DNA of 64,000 nt from Sedimentisphaerales bacterium (lineage in GTDB: Bacteria > Planctomycetota > Phycisphaerae > Sedimentisphaerales > SM23-30): NCBI GenBank assembly GCA_963663965.2, contig CAXXFK010000018.1, forward strand, positions 100,421-164,420. Direction: 5' to 3'. Below the pieces are notes generated by a model. The model saw only the letters and a program-made list of their open reading frames with translations. It was not told the origin of the DNA and made no database searches. The position numbers were made by a program, and so were the translations under genes. Each line of letters starts with the position of its first letter. Position 1 is the first letter of the stretch. Shown in pieces: positions 50,712 to 61,372 of this stretch.

Positions 50712-51390
50712 GCATCTGGTTTAAAAAGTCGGCGCTGGCTTCTTCGAGGGTTTCGACCACCGCATCGGCGTTGGTGAGTTGGTTTTTATCGTAGGTACTG
50801 GCGACGCCCAGGCATTTATAACCGGCGCCTTGCGCCGCCTGGATGCCCCAGAGACTGTCTTCGATGGCGGCGGTCTGGCTGGGTGTGATGGGCTGGTCTG
50901 ATTGGAGCGTTTCATTGACGCGGAGGCGGGCCATTTCGAATCCCTGGGGATGCGGTTTGCCGCGCTGGACATCTTCAGCGGCGACGATTACACTGAAATA
51001 ATCGAGCAGGCCGCCGAGTTCGGCGATTAATTGGATTTCACTACGTAAAGCGCCGGAACAAATCGCGCAGATTATATCGTTGGCCTTCAGATCAGCCAGC
51101 AGTTCGCGAACACCGGGCAGGATGATATTCTGTTCGCGGATGTAATCAGCAAAAGCCGCTTTTTTACGTTGACAGAGTTCGGCGATCCGTTCGTCGGAGT
51201 GATTTTCGTTGAGATCGGCCAGAATGTGGCGGAAGGCTTCTATATCGCTATAGCCCAGATAGCGTTCGCAATAACGCTGCCAGTCGATATCCAGATTATC
51301 CTCGGCCAGCACCTGCCGGAAGATCTCGTAATGGGCCGGTTCACTATCGGCGATGACGCCGTCAAAATCGAATACTACCAGTCGTAACAT
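50704..51390 (-). CDS. HAD family phosphatase
   Basis: FDFDGVIADSE, GKPHP, IEDS..GI.AA. Confidence 0.92.
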   Translation of the reverse strand: MLRLVVFDFDGVIADSEPAHYEIFRQVLAEDNLDIDWQRYCERYLGYSDIEAFRHILADLNENHSDERIAELCQRKKAAFADYIREQNIILPGVRELLADLKANDIICAICSGALRSEIQLIAELGGLLDYFSVIVAAEDVQRGKPHPQGFEMARLRVNETLQSDQPITPSQTAAIEDSLWGIQAAQGAGYKCLGVASTYDKNQLTNADAVVETLEEASADFLNQMLN

Positions 51391-51544
51391 GGACTTCTCC
51401 AAAAATCGCTTTATTGAATTTATGAAGGGATCAGAATACCAGTTTGGCGACCTGAAATCAACCCTGAGTCAAGCTGGTAGGGACTGTCTGACTGTAATTT
51501 AATTGTTTGTTTGAGGGAATGGTTGAATGTCGGGCGAGGGGAGA

Positions 51545-51572
51545 TTGACGGCAAACCGAATGAAATTATAAT
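51545..51572 (+). promoter_or_regulatory. Sigma-70 promoter P1 upstream of tRNA-Thr
   Basis: TTGACG-N16-TATAAT. Confidence 0.6.
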
Positions 51573-51646
51573 TTTTGTTTCTGTAAGAATTTGTCAGGCA
51601 AGTGGTTATGTTTTTCTGGTGCCAAACGCCGGTTGTTTTTTTCTCG

Positions 51647-51674
51647 TTGACAATCGATTAAAAGTCGATAAAGT
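51647..51674 (+). promoter_or_regulatory. Sigma-70 promoter P2 upstream of tRNA-Thr
   Basis: TTGACA-N16-TAAAGT. Confidence 0.55.
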
Positions 51675-51705
51675 ATAGAGCTTGTGAAATTCAGGTTTCA
51701 CAGAG

Positions 51706-51778
51706 GCCAATGTAGCTCAGTTGGTAGAGCACGGCTTTCGTAAAGCCGCGGTCGCGAGTTCGAGTCTCGCCGTTGGCT
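51706..51778 (+). tRNA. tRNA-Thr (CGT), CCA not encoded
   Basis: gccaatg/cgttggc acceptor stem; agctcagttggtagagc D arm; cggct-ttCGTaa-agccg; gttcga T loop. Confidence 0.96.
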
Positions 51779-51864
51779 TTTTTGTAACTCTTTACGGAAT
51801 AGATAATTACGGTTTCCTATCCCATCATGATAGCGCGGTAAATTAAGCCAAGTACATTTTCCAT

Positions 51865-54800
51865 TTATTGCAGTGGCGTTTGACTGGTCCAGTTGGCCGG
51901 ATTGGATCCATGCAGGGTTGCATCGCTGGAAATGCGATGGAGAGCCTGGCCCTGGCCGTCGGGGGCAGCGGGCCAGGGAGCGGCATCGAAATAGAGGACT
52001 TCATCGATGATGACCCAGGGGGTTTCTCCGGAGTCCGGTTCGGGATGGAGGGGCATTTCAAGGGCGATGCGGCCGGTCTTATTCGATAGGGAGCCCGACC
52101 AGGGGCCGATGATATCGACACCCGGAACGAGGGCGCCGGTGGCATACTGGGAGGTAAAACCAGCCAGGTCCTCGGTGTTGGATGGATCAAAGCCAACCAG
52201 CAGAACCCGGCCATTGGCGGGTAAGGTGAAACTGGCGGGCAGGACCAGATCGGCCTGGCCGGCGATACGCCATGGGCCACCGTCACCTTCCAGGGTCATT
52301 GTATTGCTGGTGGGATTAAAGATCTCGATATATTCCCAATCCTGATTGGGGCCGGGATTATACATGATTTCTCGTATCTGGGGGCGCAGCAGGGGTTGGG
52401 AGTTGGGTTGACCACTGCCGGCGGGCAGGGTGAACAGCCAACCGGCGCCATCGGGATAGCGGCCGAGTGAGATGGGTTGGCCGTTGGCTGAGAGGTTTTC
52501 CTGACCCTTGAAAACGATAATATCAACAATGCGATCTTCGGTTGTGCCGGGCAGGCAGGAGAGAACCACTGCTTCGCCGAGTTTGTTTAGGCCGAAGCCG
52601 CTGCCCTGCGGGTTGTTGAAGTCATCGATTTCATCAAGGGCCAGAAACTGGCCGGGCTGGATCTGGCGACCGGCGAGGGAATACCGTTTGAGGTTTTCCG
52701 GGTCGTCACTGAGGTACCAGTCATTCAGATTCAAGGCGGTGGCGCCGGTATTGTAGAGTTCGATCCAGTCATTGGAGGTATAATCCGGATGGGTTGGATC
52801 GGAGTAATCCGTATGCGCTTTGATTTCGTTGATGATCAGAGAGGGGGGCAGAGCCGGATCATCCGATCCGGGTGAGCCGTTGAGATAAGCACTGGCACGC
52901 CAGTTGGGTCCGTAGCAGAGCGCGACCGGATTGGCGCTGTGAATGGCATTGTCGAGCGGCACCATGGAATGACCGGCGCCGTCGGTGGATCGGGGCCAGC
53001 CGGCGCCATCGCCATAAGTGACTTCCATAATTTCCCCGTTCCAATAGTCGTTGACGAGTACTGTTTCGCCGCTATTGGAGAGTTTTCCGGAGTATTCGCC
53101 GGCGATGCGACTGGTTAATCCCGTGCCGTATTTCAATTCAAAAGCGCTCTGATTACGCACTATCAAAACGAATTCGCCCGCATCGAGGGTTTGGATAGCC
53201 GCGTTGGCGAAGTCGAAAGTGATGCCGTCAGTGATCTGGATATGAGACAGATCGAGCGTGTTTGAGCCGATGTTCTTGAATTCAAGGAATTCAAATTCAT
53301 CCTCATCCAGATCGCTGTCAGTCAGCGGGGCTGGATGGGCCATCAATTCGGTAAGACGGAAGTCACTGACAACGCCGACAGCCAGCGGGTCAGCCGTGGT
53401 GAACTCAATCGGCGCGGACCAGTGGCTCCACCGCCCGGTCGTGTTTTTGACCCGGCAACGGACCCGGTAGGTGTGGCCTATTTTCAGCGGATCGGCCGGA
53501 AGCCGAATGGTTTGTCCATCCGCTAAAACAGTAAAAACAGGCGAATTCCAGACCGGGGTGATTTCATAGGCGCTGCGTTTTTCGGGATCATAACCGGCCG
53601 TGCCAGGATACGAAACCTCGGCAATACGCCAGACAATGCCCCCGAAAGAGCCGTAGCCGGCGGGATTGCTGAAATCGCTTGAGGCGAAGGCGAGGGCGTT
53701 AACCGGATAATTGGCCTCACCGTTATAGTTAATGACAGGGGTGGCGGGGATACCGGGATCATTGAGCAGGGTTGAGTCGATCCAGGCAGAACGGCTGACA
53801 ACGTAGTTTTTCATTCGCTGAACCATGCCGGCGAAATCCTGGGTGGGGGTTCCGGCTTTATAGAAGAGCCCTTTCCGGGCTTTGACGGAATTGACCGTGG
53901 ACGCCACCATGATAGGGTGGTAGTCCCACATCGCCCGGTCGGCGTCAACCATGGAAAGCGGGGTGGCGGGATTATCGATCATGGCGGCGAACTCATCCAG
54001 CATGTGGTTCATCTGATCGGGATTGTAAAGCAGGTCGCGGATTTCGCGCAGGCGATTGGTGTATTCGAGGTTGAGGCTGGGAAACGAAAGCACCCGACTC
54101 TTGAACGGTTCGTTGCCATTGCCGTACATATTGTCGGCCCAGGTGAGATCAAGGTCCCAGGGGTGAACGGACCAGATATTGGTTTCCGGATTGAGGTAAT
54201 AGAAATAGTTTTTGCCCGCGGCGATGTCGTAGTGATGGATCCCTTCGACAATGGAGCGATAGGAGTAATAACGCTGGAGATCGAGTTCAGCACGCCATTG
54301 GGCCTCGGTGGTGGGATAGGAGAGGAACGCGTTGAGGTCTGATTTATCCGTGGCGGCCAGCGGGCCCTGGTTGTTCAACTCGCCGGTCCAATTCTCCATT
54401 TTGTAGAGATTGCCGTCGGGCAGATGATGTTCGTCCAGGAAGCGGCCATCCTCCTGTTCGATTGCCAGGTACATGCCCCAGAAATCACTGTCATACTGAG
54501 TTGCGCCCGTTTCGGAATCGGCATCGATCACCCGGAACTGTACCCAGTGGGTTTTGGGCGCCTCGACTCCGGCAAGGTTGAACAGGTTGAATCCGATCGA
54601 TTCGAACAGGCCCTGTTCCCCGCGGGAACCGTAATCGCCCTGTTGGATGACCGCAGAGAAGTTCAGCTTGCTCCAGTCGGTGTCGTAACGCTTGCCATAC
54701 TGGTCACGGGCCTGGAAATAGTGGCCGCGATTGAAAGCGAACTTCCACATGTTCTTACCCATTGAATAACGCCAGACACCGCCCCGGGCCCGGTAGTGAA

Positions 54801-57201
54801 TGTGATCGTATACCACGCCATCATAAATCAGGGTACCGGACCAGAGGTAATCCGAACCGGTATAGGCCCCGGTAGTGGTACCAGGCCAATATTGAGCATT
54901 GAGCAGGTCCTGATGTTTGGTGAGCAGTTGATAGACCGGCAGCGAGGTCAGAGTATCCGTGGTAAAGGTGTTGGCTTGCCGGAGGGTTGGATTACCGCTT
55001 TCGTTCGCCGGGTCAACGGCAGCGTTCCAGTCGGGAATCCCATTGTAGACGAACCAGGCGAAGTTGGGTTGGGGATCGTCGGCATAGGGAACGGTAAGTT
55101 GATTGCCCGCGGTATCCCGGCATTGAATGCGATAGCGGATCAGGTGACGATGGCTATTGAGAGACGCGGGGAATTGGACGCTATAGATGGAGTCATTAGC
55201 CTGAGCATCGCCATTAAGGCCGGCATCGTTCATGGCCAGCGGGGTCCAGTCGGTTTGATAATCGGGATCATCGATGTTGATATAATTGCCGGGGGCGACA
55301 TCCTGATAGAGCAGGGAAACCGAATCGACCCCATCGGCATCGGTGACCTTGGCCGTGATGATAACGGATTCGTTGTCATGTGGCTGACGGGGCTCGTGAT
55401 TGACCTGACGAATATGGGGCGGAATATTAGCGGCGAAGACCGACGCGTTGGGTGCACCGGGAGTGGGATAAGCCGAGCGCCAGGAGCCGCCCAGATCGTT
55501 ATCAAAGAGAGGACTGATCAACTGAATAGAGCGACTGGCGGCGGCAACGGTATCGCCCACAGTGGGCCAGGGGAAGCCCAACTGGTATTCCACCTGATCG
55601 ATACGGTTGCCGGATGGATCGACCAGTTCCAGTCGGTCGGAGGTGTTGTCCAGTTTTCCGGTAAACGGGCCGAACACCTGATCGGCAGTAAGGTTGAATT
55701 TGGTCCGGACGCTATCCGGGTAACGGGCCACAACCAGATACGTGTCGGGTTCCATAATGGTATCGGGCGGGAATTGCCAGTCGATGCCACGGGCGAAGGA
55801 GTAATTGGAAATGTCGATATTTATATCCGTTGGATTGTACAGTTCAACAAATTCGACCAGCTCGGTTTTGACATCGGGATTATAATGGATTTCATTGATG
55901 ACGATGGCGTTACCCGATTGGAACCAATGACGGGAGATGGCTTTAAAGTCGATCAGATTGACGCCGTCGTTGCCGAAAAAATCGGCGCAGCCGGGATTGC
56001 CCAGGCACCCGGCGGGCTGGAGCCATTGTGCGACAAAGGGTATCAGGTCGAGCAGGTCGACGGTACAGTCGCTGTTGAGTGATCCGGTGGGGCAACCGTA
56101 AGGCAGTTCAGGCAGCAGATTGATAAGCATATCATCGGAAACCGTCGTACCGCCGGCAGTTTCGGGACCATCTGAAACGGAGAGACGCAAAATATAGCTG
56201 CCAATGGCCGAGAAGATTACCGAGGGTTGGGCAATGGTCTCGGAAGGAGTGAAACTGACCGTACTGCCATTGGGAGAGGATACCACGCTCCATTGATATT
56301 GCAGACCGTAGCTGGTTGCAGGATTTTCAGGATCCGCCCAGGGTTTGCCATCGTCGCTGACGGTGGCAGTCAGTTGCAAGGTAACTGTCGGATCTTCCTG
56401 ATTAAAGACTACCGACATATCGTTGCCCAATTCGACCGTGGGTTGGCCATCCGCTTCGTCCTCACTGAGCATAAAGACATCAAACGAATAGGCCTGGTTA
56501 TCGGAGGAACTGTATTCGCGTGGATGGCCGGTATCGGAGGCGGCGCGGATTCTAAAAGCACCATCGGGGCCGGGCTGGATATTGGTCCAACGGGCGACAT
56601 AACCGGCGACCTGATTGTAACCGGTACTGAAGGAGACGGAGTCTTCCGAGTTGACCTGAACACCGGGAGTGCTGGCATTGGTGAAGCTATCGGCATCCAT
56701 AATACTATAGCGGGTCCAGCGCTCAGCGTAATTGGCGGCTGAGTTATTGCGATTGGCGGATGTGGCAAAGGTATAGGTGTTAAGTGGATTGAGGTTGGTG
56801 AAGGCGATTTCGACCCACCAGCCGTCGGAGCCATAGACGTAGACCCCGGTCATGTCGGCGTATCCATGAAAGGTCGCGTAGGCATCGGTACCCGGATCGG
56901 TGTCATTCCCTCCATAAGTACTGGTGGATTGGATACTGACACCACCGGATTGGGATAGAGTGACAATGACGGGGGTGATGGTTCCGGTGGTTTGATCGAC
57001 CAACTGACCGGAATCGGGCCCATTGTAGCCGGCGGTAGCGTAAGTAGTGACATTGGCGCCGAGATATTGATTATCGCTACTGTAAACGCAATCGTTATAG
57101 GCCGTGAATTTGGTTTTGGCATTCAGTGGCTGGCTGAGAAGCAGCACCAGCAGTACCCCCAAAAACCAGCAGCGCTGATAACCGAGCAGAATCGCATTCA
57201 T
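51865..57201 (-). CDS. Large secreted lamin-tail-domain / CotH kinase protein with Ig-like and dockerin-like modules
   Basis: Repeated INEI.Y..EFVEL.N (LTD); YRARGG, KNYFYY..PWDLDLTW (CotH); DCTVDLLD..DGVNLIDF. Confidence 0.85.
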   Translation of the reverse strand: MNAILLGYQRCWFLGVLLVLLLSQPLNAKTKFTAYNDCVYSSDNQYLGANVTTYATAGYNGPDSGQLVDQTTGTITPVIVTLSQSGGVSIQSTSTYGGNDTDPGTDAYATFHGYADMTGVYVYGSDGWWVEIAFTNLNPLNTYTFATSANRNNSAANYAERWTRYSIMDADSFTNASTPGVQVNSEDSVSFSTGYNQVAGYVARWTNIQPGPDGAFRIRAASDTGHPREYSSSDNQAYSFDVFMLSEDEADGQPTVELGNDMSVVFNQEDPTVTLQLTATVSDDGKPWADPENPATSYGLQYQWSVVSSPNGSTVSFTPSETIAQPSVIFSAIGSYILRLSVSDGPETAGGTTVSDDMLINLLPELPYGCPTGSLNSDCTVDLLDLIPFVAQWLQPAGCLGNPGCADFFGNDGVNLIDFKAISRHWFQSGNAIVINEIHYNPDVKTELVEFVELYNPTDINIDISNYSFARGIDWQFPPDTIMEPDTYLVVARYPDSVRTKFNLTADQVFGPFTGKLDNTSDRLELVDPSGNRIDQVEYQLGFPWPTVGDTVAAASRSIQLISPLFDNDLGGSWRSAYPTPGAPNASVFAANIPPHIRQVNHEPRQPHDNESVIITAKVTDADGVDSVSLLYQDVAPGNYINIDDPDYQTDWTPLAMNDAGLNGDAQANDSIYSVQFPASLNSHRHLIRYRIQCRDTAGNQLTVPYADDPQPNFAWFVYNGIPDWNAAVDPANESGNPTLRQANTFTTDTLTSLPVYQLLTKHQDLLNAQYWPGTTTGAYTGSDYLWSGTLIYDGVVYDHIHYRARGGVWRYSMGKNMWKFAFNRGHYFQARDQYGKRYDTDWSKLNFSAVIQQGDYGSRGEQGLFESIGFNLFNLAGVEAPKTHWVQFRVIDADSETGATQYDSDFWGMYLAIEQEDGRFLDEHHLPDGNLYKMENWTGELNNQGPLAATDKSDLNAFLSYPTTEAQWRAELDLQRYYSYRSIVEGIHHYDIAAGKNYFYYLNPETNIWSVHPWDLDLTWADNMYGNGNEPFKSRVLSFPSLNLEYTNRLREIRDLLYNPDQMNHMLDEFAAMIDNPATPLSMVDADRAMWDYHPIMVASTVNSVKARKGLFYKAGTPTQDFAGMVQRMKNYVVSRSAWIDSTLLNDPGIPATPVINYNGEANYPVNALAFASSDFSNPAGYGSFGGIVWRIAEVSYPGTAGYDPEKRSAYEITPVWNSPVFTVLADGQTIRLPADPLKIGHTYRVRCRVKNTTGRWSHWSAPIEFTTADPLAVGVVSDFRLTELMAHPAPLTDSDLDEDEFEFLEFKNIGSNTLDLSHIQITDGITFDFANAAIQTLDAGEFVLIVRNQSAFELKYGTGLTSRIAGEYSGKLSNSGETVLVNDYWNGEIMEVTYGDGAGWPRSTDGAGHSMVPLDNAIHSANPVALCYGPNWRASAYLNGSPGSDDPALPPSLIINEIKAHTDYSDPTHPDYTSNDWIELYNTGATALNLNDWYLSDDPENLKRYSLAGRQIQPGQFLALDEIDDFNNPQGSGFGLNKLGEAVVLSCLPGTTEDRIVDIIVFKGQENLSANGQPISLGRYPDGAGWLFTLPAGSGQPNSQPLLRPQIREIMYNPGPNQDWEYIEIFNPTSNTMTLEGDGGPWRIAGQADLVLPASFTLPANGRVLLVGFDPSNTEDLAGFTSQYATGALVPGVDIIGPWSGSLSNKTGRIALEMPLHPEPDSGETPWVIIDEVLYFDAAPWPAAPDGQGQALHRISSDATLHGSNPANWTSQTPLQ

Positions 57202-57475
57202 TGGCAGTCACTCCAAAATTATCCAGGAGAATCAGATGGTCCATTATTTAATGAATCGGCCACTTGTAATGGCAGATTCACCTTTTTAGTACAGATAACT
57301 CTGTAATGACCGCGAATATTCGGAATATTTTCGCTTTGTTTTAAAAAGCCACACCCAGGCGATCTGGATTACTATTGTAAAGTGATCATTCTATTACTGG
57401 CTCCGCGGCCACTGGGGGGCCCAGATGGCCGGATTGGAACCAGGCCGGATGGATCGCGTTAAATACGATGGAGTG

Positions 57476-58828
57476 CTATTGATTCCGCTGTTCCTGACGG
57501 GTTCCGTGGCTGGTTCGAAGAAGGTAGCCGAACTGTTTTTTGGATTGAGGTTTCAAGACCTGGGTATATGTAACGGTGTCCATATCTTCTTTTTCAAAGT
57601 CACTGTAATCGCCGGTATTTAGCAGATCCCAATAGGGTGTCCCGAGATTGCGTTTGATCTCGATTTTTACCGTTACATTTCGGGTATTACGCACATCGAC
57701 TTTGAACTGTCTGATTTCATCCCAGCCGATAATATTCCCTTTATCGTCAAACTGGTAGTTTTCGGTCGCGAATTTCATCAGCTTGGGCTCCACCACGACA
57801 TTGGCAACCGGCCCCAGATCCAGTTCCACATCCTCACCGACTGGGATATACTTGAATGACGATTGGCCCTGGTAGCTCAGGTGTCGCTTATCGTCCAGAT
57901 TGCGATACACTTTCAGATCTCCGCCGGGGATGGGGGTCTCGCCCAGTTGGTGTTTCTCATCGTTTTTGAAACTGAGAAACCGCGTCACATTCGAACCGTA
58001 ACGCTCCTCTTCGAATTTGTAGAGATTCACAACCGGAATCTCATCGATATCGAAGCTGGATAACCGCCTGGTCCAGCCGTTGGGAATGGTCTCGGCGCCA
58101 TCAATCGTGTACAGAAAGTATTCGCTGAGGCCTTCCTTGATAATGGTTTTCGCTTCATCCAGAACATCAAAAGTCGTTATGACATGTTTGAAGTACAATC
58201 TATCTTCGGTCAATCCCTTATTGACAACTCCAGAGGTTGACAGGGGAGTTGTCGATGGGATTATTAACGGGCTGCCATACGGATAAGGTCTCTGCGCCAG
58301 GCTCGCGATCTGCTCGATGATATTAACCTTTCCAACAATCAGGCGGGTCTGGGCATTCTCGTAATCTTCGCCGGAGTTGTTCGTGACGCAGACATAACCC
58401 TGTAAACGCATCTGGCTTTCGTCTGCGGTAAGCGTCCCTGTGTAAAATGCCCGCCAGCTTAATCCGCTGGTTAGATAGGAGATTTCGACGGGTACCCTGG
58501 CCGCTATTTCGCTCTGGACATTCCAAAAGCCAAGGTTTTTTACTCGTGCAGGATAGATCAGTTCCGCAATTTCGATACTGCCTGACCGGTCCCCGGGCAA
58601 CATTTCCAGGCTGGTGGGATCGATCAGGGTATTGGCCCAGGAAAACTGCAATTGATTGAGTCCTTCTTTCAGGGTCAGCGACCGTGCGTCCCGCACCAGT
58701 GTCAGGTCCGCCGAGTTATAGATGGTAAGCTGGACCCTGTCGTTGGCCGGCAGAGTCGACAGATCAACCCTGGCGATCAGGCCCGTGGTTGTGGCGAGTA
58801 CTGCAAAAAGGCATAGGTTCCATCTCAT
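57476..58828 (-). CDS. DUF4139-type secreted protein (paralogue 4)
   Basis: Signal peptide MRWNLCLFAV; VQLTIYNSADLTLVRD, LSWRAFY, NNSGEDYENA; 4-nt ATGA overlap with the upstream stop. Confidence 0.8.
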   Translation of the reverse strand: MRWNLCLFAVLATTTGLIARVDLSTLPANDRVQLTIYNSADLTLVRDARSLTLKEGLNQLQFSWANTLIDPTSLEMLPGDRSGSIEIAELIYPARVKNLGFWNVQSEIAARVPVEISYLTSGLSWRAFYTGTLTADESQMRLQGYVCVTNNSGEDYENAQTRLIVGKVNIIEQIASLAQRPYPYGSPLIIPSTTPLSTSGVVNKGLTEDRLYFKHVITTFDVLDEAKTIIKEGLSEYFLYTIDGAETIPNGWTRRLSSFDIDEIPVVNLYKFEEERYGSNVTRFLSFKNDEKHQLGETPIPGGDLKVYRNLDDKRHLSYQGQSSFKYIPVGEDVELDLGPVANVVVEPKLMKFATENYQFDDKGNIIGWDEIRQFKVDVRNTRNVTVKIEIKRNLGTPYWDLLNTGDYSDFEKEDMDTVTYTQVLKPQSKKQFGYLLRTSHGTRQEQRNQ

Positions 58829-60159
58829 TGGGTAGAATCCTCCTGTCGGCTGCCCTGATAGGTCCGCAGGACATAGCCAAACTGCTGTCGGGATTGCGGT
58901 TTCAAGGTGATGGTGTACTTGACGGTATCCAGATCTTCTTTCTCGAACGCGCCATAGTCGCCGGAGTTTTTCAGATCCCAATACTGGGTGTCAAAATTGC
59001 GCTTGATTTCGATTTTGACGGTTACATCGCGCGTATTGCGCAGTTCTACCTGCCAGGTTTGAATCTGATCCCATCCGATAATATCACCTTTGTTGTTAAA
59101 CCGGTAGTTCTCGGTCTGTTCTTTCATCAGCTTCGGTTCAACCACCACATCGGCCACTCTGCCAAGGTTAAGTTCCACCTTCTCGTTGACGGGGATGTAT
59201 TTAAATCCGGATCGGCCCTCATAACTGAGATGATGCTGCTCATCCACATTGCGATAGACCCGTAACATACCATCCGGAATTGGCGTCTCGCCCAATTTGT
59301 GTTCCTTGTCATTTTTAAAGCTGAGAAACCGGACTACGACCGACCCGTACCGGTCCTCTTCATACTTGTACAGATTCACCACTGGAACTCCATCCGCCTC
59401 AAAACTGGGCAGCCGTTTGGACCAGCCGGTCGGGATGGTCTCGGTACCCTCGATGGTATACAGGAAATATTCGCTGAGCCCTTCCTTGACGACTTGCTTT
59501 TCCTCGGCTTTCGCCAGCGCGCCCCCCAAACCGCCCATCATTCCCGATGCCCGACCTCTTGCGGCCGGAACGGCAGGGACTGGCGGTTGTAGTATCGGAC
59601 TGCCATAAGGTTGCGGCCGTCGTGCTAATTGGGCGATTTCGTCGAGGATATGCACCTTGCCGACGATCAGGCGGGTCTGGGCGTTTTCGTAATCTTCACC
59701 GGAGTTATTGGTTACGCGGATATAGGCCTGTAGCCGCATGGTCTTTTCATCCCCGGCCAGTGTTCCCATATAGAACGCCCGCCAGGTCAGTCCGCTGGTC
59801 AGGTAGGCGATTTCGACCGGCACCCTGCCGGAGATTTCGCTGTTGATCCGCCACAAGCCCAGATTATTGGTCTGTGGCGGAAACACCAGTTCGTTGATTT
59901 GAATACTTTCGGCTCTGGCTTTGGGCAGCATTTCCAGACTAGTCGGGTCGATCAGGGTATTGGCCCAGGAAAACTGCAACTGATTGAGTCCTTCTTTCAG
60001 GGTCAGCGCGCGCGCGTCCCGCACCAGTGTCAGGTCGGCTGAGTTATAGATCGTGAGTTGAACGGTATCATTGGCCGGCAGGGTTGACAGGTCAATTTTG
60101 GCGAATACTACCACCGTAACCGACAGGATAACCGGTATGATAAATTTTAGTTGTCTCAT
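58825..60159 (-). CDS. DUF4139-type secreted protein (paralogue 3)
   Basis: Same motifs; near-identical DNA blocks with 57476..58828. Confidence 0.82.
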   Translation of the reverse strand: MRQLKFIIPVILSVTVVVFAKIDLSTLPANDTVQLTIYNSADLTLVRDARALTLKEGLNQLQFSWANTLIDPTSLEMLPKARAESIQINELVFPPQTNNLGLWRINSEISGRVPVEIAYLTSGLTWRAFYMGTLAGDEKTMRLQAYIRVTNNSGEDYENAQTRLIVGKVHILDEIAQLARRPQPYGSPILQPPVPAVPAARGRASGMMGGLGGALAKAEEKQVVKEGLSEYFLYTIEGTETIPTGWSKRLPSFEADGVPVVNLYKYEEDRYGSVVVRFLSFKNDKEHKLGETPIPDGMLRVYRNVDEQHHLSYEGRSGFKYIPVNEKVELNLGRVADVVVEPKLMKEQTENYRFNNKGDIIGWDQIQTWQVELRNTRDVTVKIEIKRNFDTQYWDLKNSGDYGAFEKEDLDTVKYTITLKPQSRQQFGYVLRTYQGSRQEDSTQ

Positions 60160-60188
60160 GGGTATGCTCCTTGAACCAAGGGTTTTGA

Positions 60189-61334
60189 TTATCTGACATT
60201 CCGTCGATGATAGTGCATCTGAAGTTCCAGGGCAGCCGGTCCGGCGTCATTGCGGGCGGGCAGTTCGATCTCGAATTCCAGCGTATAGGCATCGGTCTGG
60301 GTGTATTTCAGATTACAGCTTTCCATATCCCACTGGCCCGGGATATGCTGGATCATGGTCAGCACCGCGGGTTTATCTTTGAAGTTTTCGATTTTGGCGG
60401 TAATCTGTTCATCCGTGTCGTACAGGACAATCTCGTTGCGGTTATTCCTGCGGATATTGATCTGCTGGTCCTGCATCTTGCGCTGCGTGACCACGATATC
60501 CCGGCTGTCGCCGATATAGAGTTCCATCTTTTCGCCGACCGGGACCAGCATGGCGTTGTCTTCGCCCAGAAAAATGGTGCTGTCATGGCCGTCATCCTGG
60601 AAAAGCCGGGCTTTGCCGCCCCAGAGCGCGTTTTCGCCCAGGTTACTTTTCTTGTCATTGACAATCCGATAGCTGACTGGAATACCCACGTTTTTATTAT
60701 CCAGTTTTTCCGGATCCCAGGGCAGAGTCGCCGAATCCCATTTCCATACCTTCACAATCGGGACCTCAGGCTTCTTAAGGAACAGCATCTGCTTGGTTTC
60801 CTCATTGTCGATACCCTGCTCAAACGCCTGGCCGTAGTCCAGCAGAACACTGGCCTTTTCGAAATCCTCGCCTGAAAAGTTCCGCAGGATCAGATAGCTC
60901 TTGAGATCCAGTCTGGTTTCTTCCTTGTCCGCTACTGCCTTGTAGGTGACCAGCCGGTCGATATTCCGCAGCAGGTAGCTGATTCGCACCGTTTCGGCGT
61001 AATCGCCGCCGCTGGAAATCTCCCAGACCAGGGCATCCTCATTGGGTGGATAACTGACGTTCAGCAGACTGACACCATCGGGATGATCCAATACCATTAA
61101 CCGGATGCTGTCCGAATCGATCGAGACCGCTTTCCAGGAAAAGTCAACCTTGTTGAGCCCTTTCTGCAGGGTGAGGACGCGCTCTTCCTCGATCAGCGTG
61201 GCGTTAGGATTATCCAGCCGGATCACCGTCGCCGCCCGTTCCGGCAGCGCTACCAGTTTGGTTCGTGCCCAAACGGGCGCCGCCGCCAGCGCCAATGCCA
61301 TTATCGCGATAATCATTTTTGTTCCGTTATTCAT
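60189..61334 (-). CDS. Divergent, shorter DUF4139-type secreted protein (paralogue 2)
   Basis: Signal peptide; ER.LTLQKGLN.V.FSW, RNFSGEDFE.A, FLGED. Confidence 0.72.
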   Translation of the reverse strand: MNNGTKMIIAIMALALAAAPVWARTKLVALPERAATVIRLDNPNATLIEEERVLTLQKGLNKVDFSWKAVSIDSDSIRLMVLDHPDGVSLLNVSYPPNEDALVWEISSGGDYAETVRISYLLRNIDRLVTYKAVADKEETRLDLKSYLILRNFSGEDFEKASVLLDYGQAFEQGIDNEETKQMLFLKKPEVPIVKVWKWDSATLPWDPEKLDNKNVGIPVSYRIVNDKKSNLGENALWGGKARLFQDDGHDSTIFLGEDNAMLVPVGEKMELYIGDSRDIVVTQRKMQDQQINIRRNNRNEIVLYDTDEQITAKIENFKDKPAVLTMIQHIPGQWDMESCNLKYTQTDAYTLEFEIELPARNDAGPAALELQMHYHRRNVR

Positions 61335-61372
61335 GATTGGTTCCTTTCAATATTTGGTTGAATTGCCCAATG

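Noticed and set aside
51706..51840. Integrative element at tRNA-Thr
   Set aside because: No integrase and no duplicated tRNA 3' end seen in the window.
54796..56082. 428-aa plus-strand ORF
   Set aside because: Antisense shadow of the LTD-CotH gene.
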